Assembly: GCF_038025025.1 (NCBI RefSeq)
Contig: NW_027117344.1
Location: forward strand, 434,001 to 498,000
Origin: Phyllosticta citribraziliensis
Lineage: Eukaryota
Length of the DNA stretch: 64,000 nucleotides
Direction: 5' to 3'
Part shown: positions 62,341-64,000 of the stretch, piece after piece
Position numbering within the stretch: the stretch's first letter is position 1
Layout: the number at the start of each line of letters is the position of its first letter
The notes under the pieces: model-generated
Seen by the model: the letters and a program-made list of their open reading frames with translations, nothing else
Database searches by the model: none
What the model was told of the DNA's origin: nothing
Position numbers and translations under genes: made by a program

Positions 62341-63839
62341 CGTCGGAGCAGCCCTCGCTCGCGTGCAAAGACGTTTCAAGTTGATGGTGGAAACATTTCT
62401 GCTGTTTCAATTGCGTGTGCTCTTCTCCACCAGCGCTGAAGACTTATGGATGTTGAGTGCTTTCGAGGATTGTATTGAAGGGATATCTTGTTCTTTGTGT
62501 TAGTCAAATGCAACAAAAAGAAATCGTTTGCCCGCCAAACTTACCATAGTTGGCAAATTTACAGAGTCCGTAGACGCCAGACACTGTATAGTAGTGACCC
62601 ACACGTCGGCAGCAACCGAGCTCCAAAATCCTCCCTTTGCCCCTGTCCATCTCGGTTCGACGCTCCAACGACGACGTCGGACCAGCACCCACCTGTGGTG
62701 ATGCAAGACCGGCAGACCGGACACCAAAGAACCAAGCTTCCAAACAAGCCTTTGGATCGGCAGAACGTGTAGTGTCAGCCTGAAGCGAACAGCCAGCCAG
62801 CAGCACAGGCGACCTAAAAAAGAACACTTCCACAAATCAGACGTGGTTGCTCAGAGCAAGGGGGACGATGTCTCTCGCTTTTACCTGCTTGCTTGCTTGC
62901 GTGCTTGCTCGCTCGTGCACCATCCGACGAGTGCCGCCCTTGGCAGACAGACGGTCCGCTCCCGTGGCAGGCAGGCTCTTTTTGGCATGAGTCGGCAAAT
63001 CAAACAAGCCCCTTTACCGCCATCTCACCGCCAGGAGAGACCGCTTCGAACGCTCACGTCAGCTCGTTTTGATTCTTCTTCTACTCGCATGCTCGGTACG
63101 CAGCCGCGCGCGTCCCCTTGCAGAGAGATTCCATTTTCATACGTACCAGCATTGGAATTGGGCTAGATGGGGCGTTTATATGAGCAGAAATAAAAGTGAC
63201 ACAAGACGACCAAGAAGAAGGGTGAGTCTAGTATTATGTGTCTCAGAAAGAGAACACAGCCGAGGAGGCAGTACAGCCCGTAAGGCCTTTCAAAGCTTCC
63301 AGGAAACGACAAGTCTCGCGTGCAAAGGAATTCGGACAGAGAGAAAGCAGCGTTTGTATTTGATCGAAGTAGCCACAGTTGTGCGGATAGCTGGCCACTC
63401 AGCCGACCAGCCATCTATCTCTCTCAAGCAAAGGAAACAAAAAGGAGAAGAGGCAAAAGGGGAAAGGGGTATGAGTCCTACATGCAGCAACAACACAGAC
63501 GGAAAACCAACCAAAAGGAGAAAATAGACAGGCACAAGAAGAGTTAAAAAGGAAATCGGGAGCAAAGGAGGGGAAGAAGGGTGAGGGGGCAAAGTGTAAA
63601 AAGGAAAAAAACACCTGCAAGTGCGCATCGTGTGACCCAAGCAATTTCCAGTCAGTCAGTCAGTCCAGTCCAGTCGTCAAGTCTTGAAAGGGAAAATTTC
63701 GAAAGAAAGAAAAAAAGGGTCGATTACAGTGCGACGAGAGGGGTGGGGAAAGAGGAAGAAGAGCGCCCAAAACACCTTGCCGGAGCAGCAACATGAAAAT
63801 GAGAATGCCGCCCCAGCCGTCCGACTTTTCTAATGCAGT

Positions 63840-64000
63840 TTAGAAGCAGTTCAACGCGCTCTTCTTCTTCTTCTTGTTGCTCTGGTTCAGCGCCGCCATG
63901 CGGGCCTCGAGGTGCGCACGCTCGGCCTCAACGCGCATGCGCGCGTTGCGCTCTTCCTCGACTGCTTGGAGCGAGTAGCGGTTCTTGCTCTGCTCCTGCC
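63840..64000 (-). CDS. 3' end of a coiled-coil protein (partial, continues beyond the window)
   Basis: Minus frame reads QEQSKNRYSLQAVEEERNARMRVEAERAHLEARMAALNQSNKKKKKSALNCF-stop with coding-like codon use. Not in the ORF track because the gene's own start lies beyond the window. Confidence 0.75.
   Translation of the reverse strand, partial: QEQSKNRYSLQAVEEERNARMRVEAERAHLEARMAALNQSNKKKKKSALNCF

Overview
Eukaryotic genomic DNA from a filamentous ascomycete (Pezizomycotina; Dothideomycete-like by inference). Genes are GC-rich with short GT-AG introns and CTRAC branch points. Manual splicing supports about 16 protein-coding genes: a flavin monooxygenase (BVMO/FMO type) with a 1.2-kb first intron, a Zn2Cys6 TF, a TGL3-like patatin lacking the catalytic Ser, WDR48/Duf1, a bHLH TF, ERB1, PRP5, a small SVIP-like protein with Cdc48/p97-binding motifs, a Cys/His-rich C2H2 TF, CK2 beta, a stand-alone thioester-reductase domain, a GPI-anchored Ser/Thr-rich protein, a conserved hypothetical, an orphan membrane protein, an AA9 LPMO-CBM1, and the 3' end of a coiled-coil gene. 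The most striking non-coding feature is a tandem pair of ~175-190-nt structured RNA genes at 37.5-38.4 kb. They have RNA polymerase III architecture (TATA, A box, B box, oligo-T), share invariant cores around a variable helix, and do not fold as tRNAs. A 446-bp hAT-type MITE with 15-bp TIRs and an 8-bp TSD lies in an AT-rich, probably RIP-decayed island near 46-48.9 kb. Exon boundaries and folds were derived by eye; no database searches were run.
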